A stretch of DNA of 32,000 nucleotides from Horticoccus luteus (GTDB lineage Bacteria; Verrucomicrobiota; Verrucomicrobiia; Opitutales; Opitutaceae). A program made the position numbers and the translations under genes. Location of the stretch: assembly GCF_019464535.1 (NCBI RefSeq), contig NZ_CP080507.1, positions 2,670,001-2,702,000 on the forward strand. Direction: 5' to 3'. The first letter of the stretch is position 1. Each line of letters starts with the position of its first letter. This document shows positions 1-8,815 of this stretch, one piece after another. The notes beneath the pieces are model-generated. The model was not told where the DNA came from, searched no databases, and worked only from the letters and a program-made list of their open reading frames with translations.

Positions 1-404
1 TCGAAGCGCACGAAATTCACCGCGAAATCTACGAACTGCCCGCAGCCACCCAACGCATCCTCTTCGGCGCGCACCAAGAGGCCTCCGCGCCGGGCCGCCG
101 CATCGCTGTCGGCACGACATCCGTTCGCACGATTGAAGACTTCCTCGCGACCCACGACGCTGCGTTGACCACCGACTTTTTCGGCGAGGCCAGTCTCTTC
201 ATTTATCCGCCCCGGCCCTTCCGGGGAGTGGATGCCCTCATCACCAACTTCCACCAACCCCGCTCCACCCTGCTGTGTCTCGTCGCCGCTTTTCTCGCGC
301 CCGATTCCACGGATGGCATTGGCTGGCTGCGCGAGATCTACGCCGAAGCCATCGCACGCGAATATCGTTTCTTCAGTTATGGCGATGCCATGCTGATCCT
401 CTAA
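1..404 (+). CDS. queA: S-adenosylmethionine:tRNA ribosyltransferase-isomerase (QueA), C-terminal part; the 5' end lies outside the window
   Basis: The frame is open from the window edge (codon phase of nt 3) to TAA at 402-404. The translation (...RIAVGTTSVRTIEDF...NFHQPRSTLLCLVAAF...YRFFSYGDAMLIL) matches the conserved QueA C-terminal half. Confidence 0.9.
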   Translation, partial: EAHEIHREIYELPAATQRILFGAHQEASAPGRRIAVGTTSVRTIEDFLATHDAALTTDFFGEASLFIYPPRPFRGVDALITNFHQPRSTLLCLVAAFLAPDSTDGIGWLREIYAEAIAREYRFFSYGDAMLIL

Positions 405-485
405 TTCCCGCTGCCGCGAAGCACGCCCGAGCCCGAAACCTGCAACCATCCTTCCTTTTTCGTTTCGTTCGCCCACAGTGGCCGC

Positions 486-854
486 ATGACCGCCGATGAA
501 TTGCAGACGCTGATCGACGATGCCGCGTTCGACTACTCGATGGGCGAGACCGCCACCGCCATCGACAAGCTCACCCGCGCCACCGCGGGCGCTCCCGATT
601 CCTTCGAGGCCTGGCATGCACTCGCCGAGATCCATTTCAGCCAGCGCCAGCTCGACGCCGCCCTCGCCGCCGCCGAGCGCGGCCATGCGTTGCGGCCCAA
701 CGATCTATTTATCAATACTACCCTCTCGCGCATCTGGATGGAGCGCGGCGACAAACCCACCGCCGAACGCTACGGCGCCCAGGCCCGCATGCTGAGCTGG
801 CACGAGGAACTGAAAACTCCGCCGTCCCCGCCCGCCCCGCCGAGCGCCTCCTGA
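486..854 (+). CDS. Small TPR-like helical-repeat protein with a Pro-rich tail
   Basis: ATG at 486, 122 aa. The helix-pair pattern (FEAWHALAEIHFSQRQLDAALAAAERGHALRPND..INTTLSRIWMERGD) is typical of TPR repeats. No specific function can be inferred. Confidence 0.6.
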   Translation: MTADELQTLIDDAAFDYSMGETATAIDKLTRATAGAPDSFEAWHALAEIHFSQRQLDAALAAAERGHALRPNDLFINTTLSRIWMERGDKPTAERYGAQARMLSWHEELKTPPSPPAPPSAS

Positions 855-1022
855 CCGTATTCTCGCCTGTCGCCCGCCGCCGGCCGGCCGTCGCTTCGCC
901 CGCTCAGAGCGTCGTTCCGCGCCAAACGTTCACGTTAACGTCACCCCGCCGCCGCGCCGCCGCGCCCGCGCAGTCCCGCGGTCTTGCCTTCATCTTCGGC
1001 TGCTGTCTCCTCTCTCCAACGC

Positions 1023-1943
1023 ATGCTGCGCTTCCTCGTCCGTCGCCTGCTTCAAACGATCCCCGTGCTGTTGATCATCATCGCGGCGACGTTTTTCATG
1101 CTGCGCCTCGTGCCCGGCGGCCCGTTCACCGCCGAGAAAAACATCCCGCCCGAAATCCAGCGCAACCTCGAGCGCCACTACGGCCTCGACCGCCCGCTCC
1201 TCGTGCAATTCGGCGCCTACCTGCGCGACATCGTCCTCCATGGCGACCTCGGCCCGTCGTTCAAGTATCCGAATCGCACCGTCAACGAAATCATTGCCGA
1301 CACGTTTCCCGTTTCCCTCGAACTCGGCGCAGAATCCCTTCTCATCGCCCTCCTCGTAGGGCTGCCCCTCGGCGTGCTCGCCGCCGTGCGCCGCAACTCC
1401 TGGCTCGATCACCTCTGTTCGTCGGTCGCGATGACGGGCATCTGCCTGCCAACCTTCGTCCTCGGTCCCCTGCTCGTTCTCGCCTTCGCCATCCATTTCG
1501 GCTGGGTCAATGCCTCGGGCTGGTCCACGCCCTCTGATCGCATTCTGCCCGCCCTCACGCTCGGCCTCGTTTACGGCGCCTACCTCATGCGGCTCACGCG
1601 CGGCGGCATGCTCGAAATCCTCAACCAGGATTTCATCCGCACCGCGCGCGCCAAGGGCGCCTCGGAAACGCGCATCATCTTCCGCCACGCCCTGCGCGGC
1701 GGTCTTCTCCCGGTCGTTTCCTACCTCGGTCCCGCCATCGCCGGCATCATCACGGGATCCTTTGTCATCGAAACCATCTTCCAAATCCCCGGCCTCGGCC
1801 GGCAGTTCGTGCACAGCGCTTTCAGCCGCGACTACACACTCGTTTGCGGCACCGTCATCCTTTACGCCACGCTCATCGTCGCGTGCAACCTGCTCGTCGA
1901 TCTCGCGCAGGTCTGGCTCAACCCGAAACTCAAATTCGAGTGA
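1023..1943 (+). CDS. Oligopeptide/dipeptide ABC transporter permease (OppB/DppB family)
   Basis: The N-terminus MLRFLVRRLLQTIPVLLIIIAATFFMLRLVPGGPF is the classic OppB/DppB N-terminus. It is multi-TM and carries the EAA-type loop region FIRTARAKGASETRIIFRHALR. The ATG at 1023 is preferred to the TTG at 984 listed in the ORF track. Confidence 0.85.
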   Translation: MLRFLVRRLLQTIPVLLIIIAATFFMLRLVPGGPFTAEKNIPPEIQRNLERHYGLDRPLLVQFGAYLRDIVLHGDLGPSFKYPNRTVNEIIADTFPVSLELGAESLLIALLVGLPLGVLAAVRRNSWLDHLCSSVAMTGICLPTFVLGPLLVLAFAIHFGWVNASGWSTPSDRILPALTLGLVYGAYLMRLTRGGMLEILNQDFIRTARAKGASETRIIFRHALRGGLLPVVSYLGPAIAGIITGSFVIETIFQIPGLGRQFVHSAFSRDYTLVCGTVILYATLIVACNLLVDLAQVWLNPKLKFE

Positions 1944-2926
1944 TGCGCGCTTCGCTTTCGCCTTCCGCCGACCAGCTTCCCGCCGCCCCCGTCTTGCCCG
2001 CCGAACTGGAACGCGGACAATCCCTCTGGCGCGACGCCTGGGCGCGCCTGCGCAAAAACCGTCCCGCCGTCGCCGGCGGTGTGATGCTCGTGCTGGTGGT
2101 GCTGCTCTGCGTGATCGAGCCGATCATGTCCTCCTACGCCTACGATGGCATGGATCTCGCCAACACGTTCGCTGCGCCCGGCGCCGCGCACTGGCTCGGC
2201 ACCGATCAACTCGGCCGCGATCTCCTCGTGCGCGTCTGCATCGGCGGCCGCATCTCGCTCATGGTCGGCCTCGTCGCGTCCGCCGTCGCCCTGCTGATCG
2301 GCGTCAGCTACGGCGCCATTTCCGGCTACGCCGGGGGCAAGACCGACACCGTGATGATGCGCCTCGTCGACATCCTCTACGCCCTGCCGTTCACGATTTT
2401 TGTCATCCTGCTCATGGTGTTTCTCAAGGCGCCCATGGACGCCCTCGACGCCTGGCTGCGCCAGTTTTCCTGGCTCAGCAGTTATCAAGGCGCCGGCAAA
2501 ATCCTCGCGCTCTTCGCCGCCATCGGCGCCGTGGAATGGCTCACCATGGCGCGCATCGTGCGCGGCCAGATTCTCTCGTTGAAAAAAATGGAATTCATCG
2601 AGGCCGCCCGCGCACTCGGCTTCAGCCGCCGCCGCATTATTTTCCGCCACCTCATTCCCAACCTCCTCGGGCCGGTCGTCGTTTACACCACGCTCACCAT
2701 TCCCGCCGTCATGCTGCTCGAGGCGTTTCTCAGTTTTCTCGGCCTCGGCGTCGATGCGCCCATGAGCTCGTGGGGCACGTTGATCAAGGATGGCGCCGAG
2801 AAGATGGAAGAGTATTGGTGGCTGCTCTTGTTTCCCGCCGGTCTCTTTTCCCTCACGCTCTTCTCGCTCAATTTTCTCGGCGACGGTCTTCGTGATGCCT
2901 TGGATGTGCGCGCCTCCTCCGACTAA
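1943..2926 (+). CDS. Oligopeptide/dipeptide ABC transporter permease (OppC/DppC family)
   Basis: The ATG at 1943 overlaps the upstream TGA (TGATG). Supporting motifs are WLGTDQLGRDLLVRV, the TM-rich core, and FIEAARALGFSRRRIIFRHLIPN, all typical of OppC/DppC. Confidence 0.85.
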   Translation: MRASLSPSADQLPAAPVLPAELERGQSLWRDAWARLRKNRPAVAGGVMLVLVVLLCVIEPIMSSYAYDGMDLANTFAAPGAAHWLGTDQLGRDLLVRVCIGGRISLMVGLVASAVALLIGVSYGAISGYAGGKTDTVMMRLVDILYALPFTIFVILLMVFLKAPMDALDAWLRQFSWLSSYQGAGKILALFAAIGAVEWLTMARIVRGQILSLKKMEFIEAARALGFSRRRIIFRHLIPNLLGPVVVYTTLTIPAVMLLEAFLSFLGLGVDAPMSSWGTLIKDGAEKMEEYWWLLLFPAGLFSLTLFSLNFLGDGLRDALDVRASSD

Positions 2927-2928
2927 AC

Positions 2929-4686
2929 ATGCGCCGCCTCTTTCCGTATCTCCGCTTTCTGCGCCTCGTGCGCGGACCGATCGTCAAGGCGATCGTTTAC
3001 GGCATCATCTACGGCGCGGCCAGCGGCGCCGGCATCCCGCTGCTCGTCAAATACGTCTTCCCGCCGATCTTCCAGCTCCACGGCGCGCTCGAGCTCAGCA
3101 CCGTCGTGCTCATCGCCGCGTGCATTCCGACCGTGTTTCTCCTGCGCGCCGTCGCCGGTTACCTCAACAGCTACTACACGCAATACGCCGGCGTGCGCAT
3201 CCTCGAGGCGTTGCGCGGCGAATACTTCGAAAAACTTCAACGCCTCCCGCTCTCGTTCGTCCAAAGCCGCCAGACCGGCGACCTCCTCTCGCGCGGCCTC
3301 GCCGACACCCAGCAACTCCAGTTCGCGCTCACGCTCGTCGCGAACGACGGCATCAAGCAGCCCGCCACCCTCCTCGGCTCGCTCGTCGCCCTCGCCGTCC
3401 TCGCGCTCACGTCGCAAGGCGTGCTGCTCCTCCTCGTCTGCTTCGCTGTCGTCCCGCTCGTCATTTTCCCCATCCGCTACGTCGGCCGCAAAGTCATCAA
3501 ACGCGCCGCGCAAATGCAGGCCGAGCTCGGCTCCGTCACCGGCCACTTCAGCGAAAACCTCTCCGCCGCCCGCGAAGTGCGCGCCTTCAGCCTCGAGGAC
3601 CGCGAGGTCGCGCGCTTCGGCACGCACACCCACGCGCTCGTCGTGGCGCAGATGAAGATCGCCAAATACGCCCAGGCCCTCACCCCCGCGATCGAGGTCA
3701 TTTCCGCCGCCGGCATCGCCGGCACGCTCGTCTACGCGTATCAAAGCGGCATCGACCTCGCCACGTTCATCGCCCTCATCGGCGCGCTCTACACCTCTTA
3801 CGAACCGATCAAAAAACTCGGTTCGTTGAACAACGAAATCAAACGCGCCACCGCCGCCCTCGACCGCCTCGAGGTCGTCCTGCACGAGCCGGTCACCATC
3901 GCCGACCCCGCCGACCCCGTGCCCGTCACGCGCCTCCGGGGCGACATCGCCTTCAACCACGTCTCGTTCGCCTACACGACTGACGCCCCCGTCCTGCGCG
4001 ATATCTCCACCTCCATTCCCGCCGGCGCCGTCTGCGCACTCGTGGGCCCAAGCGGCGCGGGCAAATCCACCTTCGCCAACCTCGTCCCTCGTTTCTATGA
4101 AGTCGGCGCCGGCGCCGTCACGATCGACGCGCTCGACGTCCGCGCCCTCCGCCTCGCCGACCTCCGCCGCAACATCGCGCTCGTCTCGCAGGAACCCGTG
4201 CTCTTCAACGACACCATCGCCGCCAACATCCTGCTCGGCCGGCCCGACGCCACCCGCGCCGAAATCGAAACCGCCGCCCGCGACGCCTTCGCCCACGACT
4301 TCATTCTCGCCCAACCGCTCGGCTACGAAACCATCGTCGGCGAACGCGGCGCCGCCCTCTCCGGCGGCCAGCGCCAGCGCATCGCCCTCGCCCGCGCCTT
4401 CCTGCGCAACGCCCCCATTCTCGTCCTCGACGAACCCACCAGCGCGCTCGACAGCGAGAGCGAAGCCGCCGTCCAACTCGCGTTGAAAAAACTCATGCAG
4501 GGCAAAACCGTCCTCATCATCGCGCACCGCTTCTCCACCATCCGCGACGCCACGCAAATCCTCGTCTTCGACCGCGGCGTCATCGCGGCCACCGGCACGC
4601 ACGCCGAGCTCTACGCCGCCAACCCGCTCTACCGTTCGCTCTACGACCATCAGAGCAACACCGCCTTGCCACCCGCCGCGCTGTGA
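2929..4686 (+). CDS. msbA: ABC exporter, fused permease-ATPase (MsbA/lipid A flippase-like)
   Basis: 585 aa, with a six-TM N-terminal half. It has Walker A GPSGAGKST, signature LSGGQRQR and Walker B ILVLDEPTSALD. It is followed, with overlapping stop/start, by LPS-core-type glycosyltransferases. The symbol is a context-based guess. Confidence 0.75.
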   Translation: MRRLFPYLRFLRLVRGPIVKAIVYGIIYGAASGAGIPLLVKYVFPPIFQLHGALELSTVVLIAACIPTVFLLRAVAGYLNSYYTQYAGVRILEALRGEYFEKLQRLPLSFVQSRQTGDLLSRGLADTQQLQFALTLVANDGIKQPATLLGSLVALAVLALTSQGVLLLLVCFAVVPLVIFPIRYVGRKVIKRAAQMQAELGSVTGHFSENLSAAREVRAFSLEDREVARFGTHTHALVVAQMKIAKYAQALTPAIEVISAAGIAGTLVYAYQSGIDLATFIALIGALYTSYEPIKKLGSLNNEIKRATAALDRLEVVLHEPVTIADPADPVPVTRLRGDIAFNHVSFAYTTDAPVLRDISTSIPAGAVCALVGPSGAGKSTFANLVPRFYEVGAGAVTIDALDVRALRLADLRRNIALVSQEPVLFNDTIAANILLGRPDATRAEIETAARDAFAHDFILAQPLGYETIVGERGAALSGGQRQRIALARAFLRNAPILVLDEPTSALDSESEAAVQLALKKLMQGKTVLIIAHRFSTIRDATQILVFDRGVIAATGTHAELYAANPLYRSLYDHQSNTALPPAAL

Positions 4687-5756
4687 CCGCCGACGCGCCC
4701 CGCATCCTCGTCATTCGTCGCCGCTATCTCGGCGATATTGTTCTCCTCGGCAGCCTCTTCAAAAACCTGCGCCGCCACTGGCCCGCCGCGCGCATCGCCT
4801 GCCTCACCGAAACCGCTTACGCGCCGATCCTCGGACTCAACCCCGACGTCAACGGCGCCGTCACGCTGCCCGTCACCCTCACCGCCTGGCTGCGTTTCCT
4901 CCGCGTCATTCGCGCCGCCCGCTTCACCCACGTCATCGACGTCGATAACACCGAGCGCACCGCCCTCGTCACCCGGTTCACCGGCGCGCCCGTGCGCGTG
5001 ACCTACGATCGCGAAACCAACCGCGTGCGCGCGCGCCGCGCCTACACGCATTTCGCCCGCGTCACCGAGGCTTTTTATCAATCGCATCACATCACCGACA
5101 CCTACCTCGCGCTCCTCGCCCCGCTCGGCGTGCCCGTCGCTACGCATGACGTCGCCCTCACGCCGCACGCCGAAGACATCGCTTTCGCGCAACGCCTCCT
5201 CGGCGTGCGCCCACCCGGCGCCCCGCGGCGCGTCTTGATTCATCCCGGCAGCCGCAGCCCGTATCGCATCTGGCCCGCCGAGCGTTTCGCCGCCGTGAGT
5301 GATCGCGCGCAGGACGAACTCGGCGTGCAAGTCTACGCGCTCGCCGGCCCCGGCGAAGCCTCCGTGGTCAAAGCCATCCGCGCCGCCGCGCAGATGCACC
5401 TCATCACGCTCGACCAACGCCTCACCGTCCGCCAGTTCGCCGCCCTCCTCACGCAATTCGATCTCCTCCTCTGCCACGACAGCGGCCCCATGCACGTCGC
5501 CGCCGCCGTCGGCACGCCCGTCGTCGCGTTATTCAGTTCGCAAAACACCACCCTGTGGCGCCCGCTCGGCGCGCAGCACACCGTCCTGCAAACGCCCCTG
5601 CCCTGCACCTGCTTCGCCCCCGGCGACGCGCCCGGCCCGTGCCAGCCCGGCAACTCCTATCTCAGCTACTGCGTGCGCAAACTTTCCATCGCCGAGGTTT
5701 ACGCCGCCGTGCGCGACCGTCTCGCCGCGTCGCCCGCGCGGCCTTCGCCGTCATGA
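4683..5756 (+). CDS. Glycosyltransferase family 9 (LPS heptosyltransferase-like)
   Basis: The GTG at 4683 overlaps the msbA-like stop. Motifs ILVIRRRYLGDIVL (N-terminus), IHPGSRSPYRIWPAERF and LLLCHDSGPMHVAAAVGTPVVALF are hallmark GT9 (RfaF/RfaC-type) blocks. Confidence 0.8.
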   Translation: MTADAPRILVIRRRYLGDIVLLGSLFKNLRRHWPAARIACLTETAYAPILGLNPDVNGAVTLPVTLTAWLRFLRVIRAARFTHVIDVDNTERTALVTRFTGAPVRVTYDRETNRVRARRAYTHFARVTEAFYQSHHITDTYLALLAPLGVPVATHDVALTPHAEDIAFAQRLLGVRPPGAPRRVLIHPGSRSPYRIWPAERFAAVSDRAQDELGVQVYALAGPGEASVVKAIRAAAQMHLITLDQRLTVRQFAALLTQFDLLLCHDSGPMHVAAAVGTPVVALFSSQNTTLWRPLGAQHTVLQTPLPCTCFAPGDAPGPCQPGNSYLSYCVRKLSIAEVYAAVRDRLAASPARPSPS

Positions 5757-6673
5757 AGATCACGGTCGCGATTCCCACCTACAACCGCGCCGCGTTCCTC
5801 CGGCAAACGCTCGCCGGCATCGTCGCCCAGCAATTCCCGCGCGACTTTTTCGAGATCCTCGTCATCGACAACAACTCCCCCGACGACACCCGCGCCGTCG
5901 TCGCAGAATTCGCCACGGCCCGCCCCGCGCCCCGCTACTTTCTCGAAACGCAACAAGGCCTCGATCACGCCCGCAACCGCGCCATCGCCGAAGCCGCCGG
6001 CGACATCATCGTCTTCGGCGACGACGACATTCTCGTCTCCCCCGACTGGCTCGCCCAAATCGCCGCGCCGCTCCTCGCCGACTCCACGCGCCGCATCGGT
6101 GCCGTCGGCGGCGAAGTGATTCCCATTTTCCCGCACGGCCTGCCTGCGTGGGTCGCCGAATGGCATGCGCCCCTCGCGTTGCGCCCCGACCTCGGTCCGC
6201 TCCCCGCGCGCCACTCGCCCATGGGCGCCAACTTCGCTTTTCCCGCGTGGGTCTTCGCGCAACTCGGCGCCTTCCACACCGCCCTTGATCGCGCCGCGGG
6301 CAACTACTTCTCCGGTGGCGACAGCGAGATGATCCGCCGCGTGCGCGCCGCCGGCCTCGAGGTGTGGTTTGCCCCCGCCGCTGCCGTGCGCCACCAAATG
6401 CCCGCTTCGCGCACCACGTTTCGCTACGCCGCCCGCCACGCCTTCGATTCCGCCCGCTCTCGCGTCATCGACCGCGCCGGTCAACCCGGCGCCGCCGCAT
6501 ATCTTTCCGGCCGTTTCCTCGGCAACGTCGTTAAAGCCCTCGGCTTCGCGCTCCTCGCCCTCGCCAACACCCTCGTCTTCCGCCGCGGCGCCGCCAAAAA
6601 AGCCCTCGTGCGCGCCTGGCGCTCGTGCGGCTACCTTTACCAGATTCCGCGTTCGCTCACCGGCCGCATCTGA
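5753..6673 (+). CDS. Glycosyltransferase family 2
   Basis: The ATG at 5753 overlaps the upstream TGA (ATGA). MKITVAIPTYNRAAFLRQTL...ILVIDNNSPDDT...VFGDDDILV gives the GT-A fold with its DxD. The ORF-track start at 5555 is an upstream extension inside the preceding gene. Confidence 0.8.
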   Translation: MKITVAIPTYNRAAFLRQTLAGIVAQQFPRDFFEILVIDNNSPDDTRAVVAEFATARPAPRYFLETQQGLDHARNRAIAEAAGDIIVFGDDDILVSPDWLAQIAAPLLADSTRRIGAVGGEVIPIFPHGLPAWVAEWHAPLALRPDLGPLPARHSPMGANFAFPAWVFAQLGAFHTALDRAAGNYFSGGDSEMIRRVRAAGLEVWFAPAAAVRHQMPASRTTFRYAARHAFDSARSRVIDRAGQPGAAAYLSGRFLGNVVKALGFALLALANTLVFRRGAAKKALVRAWRSCGYLYQIPRSLTGRI

Positions 6674-6784
6674 CGCCACCCCGCCTCGGCCACAACCCAC
6701 TCCCCCCTCGCGCCCGCAGCCGCCTTTCGCCCGCTCTTTCGCCTCGTCCGCGACGCTCACATTCCGCTTCCGCCCCGCCGATTA

Positions 6785-7606
6785 GTGTCCATTAAGTTTC
6801 CCGCAGTGGTTCCAACTCCGGCTACACAGCTCCCCGTTTCTGTCGTCATCGTCGCGCGCAACGAAGCGCACAACCTCCCCCGCTGCCTCGCCAGCGTGCA
6901 AGGTTGGACTGCCGAGACGGTTCTCGTGCTCAACAACACCACCGACGCCTCCGCCGCCGTCGCCGAGCCTTTCGGCGCGCAGGTCCACGATCTTCCGTGG
7001 CAGGGTTTTCGCGACACCAAGAACGCCGCCAACGCCCTCGCCGCGCACCCGTGGATTCTCTCCCTCGACGCCGACGAAGAAGTTTCCCCTGCGTTGCGCG
7101 CCGACCTCGTCCGCTTCTTCGCGCGCGGTGACGACCAGCGCTTCGTGGGCGCCCGTTTTCCGCGCAAAGTCTGGTTCATCGACCGCTGGATCACCCACGG
7201 CGATTGGTATCCCGATCTCAGCCTCCGGCTCTTCCATCGCGACCGCGCCCACTGGGGCGGCGACGCCGTCGTCCACGAAAAGATTTCCGCCGACGGCCCC
7301 GTCGCGCGCCTGCGCGGCGACTTGCATCATTACTCGTTCCCCACGCTCGCGAGCCACGTTTCCAAGATCAACGCCTTCGCTGAACTCTTCGTCCGCCAGC
7401 GCCAGGATCAAGGCACCCGCTTCTCCCTTTTCCCCGTGATCGTCCGGCCGTTCTGGCGCTTCTTCCGCGCCTACGTGATCAAACTCGGCTTTCTCGACGG
7501 CTTCCCGGGCTTCTACATCGCGAGCGCCACCGCCTTCAGCGCCTTCGTCCGCTACAGCCGGCTTTACGAAGTTGATCACGCCGCCCCGCCGCCTGACGCT
7601 TCCTGA
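6785..7606 (+). CDS. Glycosyltransferase family 2 (LPS-core type)
   Basis: GTG start. Motifs VSVVIVARNEAHNLPRCLASV, ILSLDADEEVS (DxD) and the C-terminal GFLDGFPGFYIA resemble the small GT2 enzymes found in LPS core clusters. Confidence 0.75.
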   Translation: MSIKFPAVVPTPATQLPVSVVIVARNEAHNLPRCLASVQGWTAETVLVLNNTTDASAAVAEPFGAQVHDLPWQGFRDTKNAANALAAHPWILSLDADEEVSPALRADLVRFFARGDDQRFVGARFPRKVWFIDRWITHGDWYPDLSLRLFHRDRAHWGGDAVVHEKISADGPVARLRGDLHHYSFPTLASHVSKINAFAELFVRQRQDQGTRFSLFPVIVRPFWRFFRAYVIKLGFLDGFPGFYIASATAFSAFVRYSRLYEVDHAAPPPDAS

Positions 7607-7608
7607 CC

Positions 7609-7995
7609 GTGACCGCCGACCAACCCCACACCTTCAGCAAAATCGCCGAAGAACTCATCGGCGAACTCCGCCACCTGCCGCCCACGGAACCGAAGCGCCA
7701 CGTCCGCCGCCCCACCCTGCCTCTCGCCGATCTCGTCGAGCAACTGATGGTGAAATATCAGGTCGGCCGCCCTTCCCCCGAGCAAGCCATTCGCGAATTC
7801 TGGCCGCGCCTCGTCGGTCCCGCCAACGCCTCCTACTCGCATGCCGTCGCCATCGAACGCGGCCGCCTCGTCGTCGTCGCCGGTCACGCCGTCGTTCGCA
7901 ACGAGCTCTTCCTGCACCGCGCCGAAATCTTGAAACGTCTGCAAAAACTCCCCGGCTGCGAAATCGTCAAATCGCTCAACATCCGCGCCGGTTAA
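7609..7995 (+). CDS. DUF721 (DciA-like) domain protein
   Basis: 128 aa. The pattern WPRLVGPANASYSHAVAIERGRLVVVAGHAVVRNELFLHRAEILKRL matches the DUF721 layout as I remember it. The start is 3 nt after the upstream stop. Confidence 0.55.
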   Translation: MTADQPHTFSKIAEELIGELRHLPPTEPKRHVRRPTLPLADLVEQLMVKYQVGRPSPEQAIREFWPRLVGPANASYSHAVAIERGRLVVVAGHAVVRNELFLHRAEILKRLQKLPGCEIVKSLNIRAG

Positions 7996-8039
7996 CGGCT
8001 TTCCTCCGCCCCTTTTCATGCCGCAAGTTTGCGCTTGCC

Positions 8040-8234
8040 CCGCCCGCTCCCCCCTTAGAACGTCGCCACTTGCGTTAGTGGAAGCCCGTCGGTTGCGGGT
8101 TCCCACCATGACTGGTCCGGCACCCCGCCGGATTGGAACGGTGACACCGGCTCAACCGCGATTTCGGTCGCGGAGCGGCGGGTGACACGGGGCCTCCAAA
8201 GCCCCCTGCAGTCGTGAAACTTAAACAATAAACC
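8040..8234 (+). promoter_or_regulatory. Possible structured 5' leader / promoter region of rpsO
   Basis: This is a 240-nt non-coding gap upstream of rpsO. It contains several stems: CCGCGA/TCGCGG around 8153-8172 nested in CCGCCG...CGGCGG, and GGGGC-CTCCAAA-GCCCC at 8189-8205. S15 autoregulates through leader structures in other bacteria. No recognisable Rfam-type motif could be verified by eye. Confidence 0.2.
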
Positions 8235-8501
8235 ATGTCTACCACAGTCGTAAAACCTGAAATCATCGCAGCTTACAAAACTCACGATAAGGATACCGGT
8301 TCGTCCGAAGTCCAGATCGCATTGCTCAGCGCCCGGATCAGTCACCTGACCGAGCACCTGCGCACGCATCGCAAAGACTTCCACTCGCGCCGCGGCCTCC
8401 TGCAGATGGCTTCCCGCCGTCGCAAGCTTCTCGATTACCTCAAGCGTCAAAACTTGAACAAGTATACCGAGATCCTGCAGAAGCTGAATCTTCGTAAGTA
8501 A
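8235..8501 (+). CDS. rpsO: 30S ribosomal protein S15
   Basis: 88 aa. The sequence ...[50 protein letters not shown]... is canonical S15. Confidence 0.97.
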   Translation: MSTTVVKPEIIAAYKTHDKDTGSSEVQIALLSARISHLTEHLRTHRKDFHSRRGLLQMASRRRKLLDYLKRQNLNKYTEILQKLNLRK

Positions 8502-8514
8502 CGCTTTCGTCACA

Positions 8515-8550
8515 CGGGCGACCCGATCCGCGGGTCGCCCGTTGTCTTTC
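8515..8550 (+). terminator. Hairpin terminator/attenuator between rpsO and pnp
   Basis: There is a perfect 11-bp stem, CGGGCGACCCG (8515-8525) with CGGGTCGCCCG (8531-8541), and a 5-nt loop, followed by TTGTCTTTC. The position is analogous to the rpsO-pnp intergenic hairpin known in E. coli. Confidence 0.6.
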
Positions 8551-8815
8551 CGACACTCGACTCTCGACCGGGACATTTCCGCTTGTTGCCTTGACCGCCG
8601 GAGGGGCTTTCGCCCCGCAGATTCCGGCCGCATCCAAGGCGCCAATCCGAAATCTCTCGAGTTACAGCGAGGAGATTGAAGCGGGGTTCATTTTATCACC
8701 CCCTTTGCGCCGGCCTCGATGCCGTCGCCGCTTCCGCCCTGCGGAAGCAACCGGGCCGCCGGTCGTGTCGCCGGCCCAGCCCGTCCTATCCGCTGACACG
8801 CAATCGAATAGAAAC

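Noticed and set aside
2923-4650. Very long antisense or alternative-frame ORFs. Examples: 2923-4650(-), 5699-6760(-), 8786-10975(-), 11557-12657(+), 15191-16666(+), 17207-18496(-), 19366-20859(-), 24457-25497(-), 27731-29101(+), 1510-2895(+) and 2790-3983(+).
   Set aside because: Their translations are low-complexity (rich in Arg, Ala, Gly, Pro, Asp and Glu), as is typical of non-coding frames in high-GC DNA. Each lies opposite or out of frame to a gene with clear family motifs.
8105-8150. SRP/4.5S RNA-like fragment (CTGGTCCGG).
   Set aside because: The conserved helix-8 motifs (GGAAGCAGCC and its partner) are absent. The resemblance is limited to a few bases.
8189-8205. tRNA-Trp-like anticodon stem-loop (GGGGC-CTCCAAA-GCCCC, anticodon CCA) upstream of rpsO.
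   Set aside because: No T-arm (GTTCRA), D-arm or acceptor stem can be built from the flanking sequence, so it is just a hairpin.
8591-8815. Upstream TTG start for pnp (track ORF 8591-11059), and similar extended starts at 984, 5555, 22130, 24154, 22079 and 31341.
   Set aside because: The extensions are low-complexity, overlap leaders or neighbouring genes, and precede canonical family N-termini that begin at internal ATG codons.
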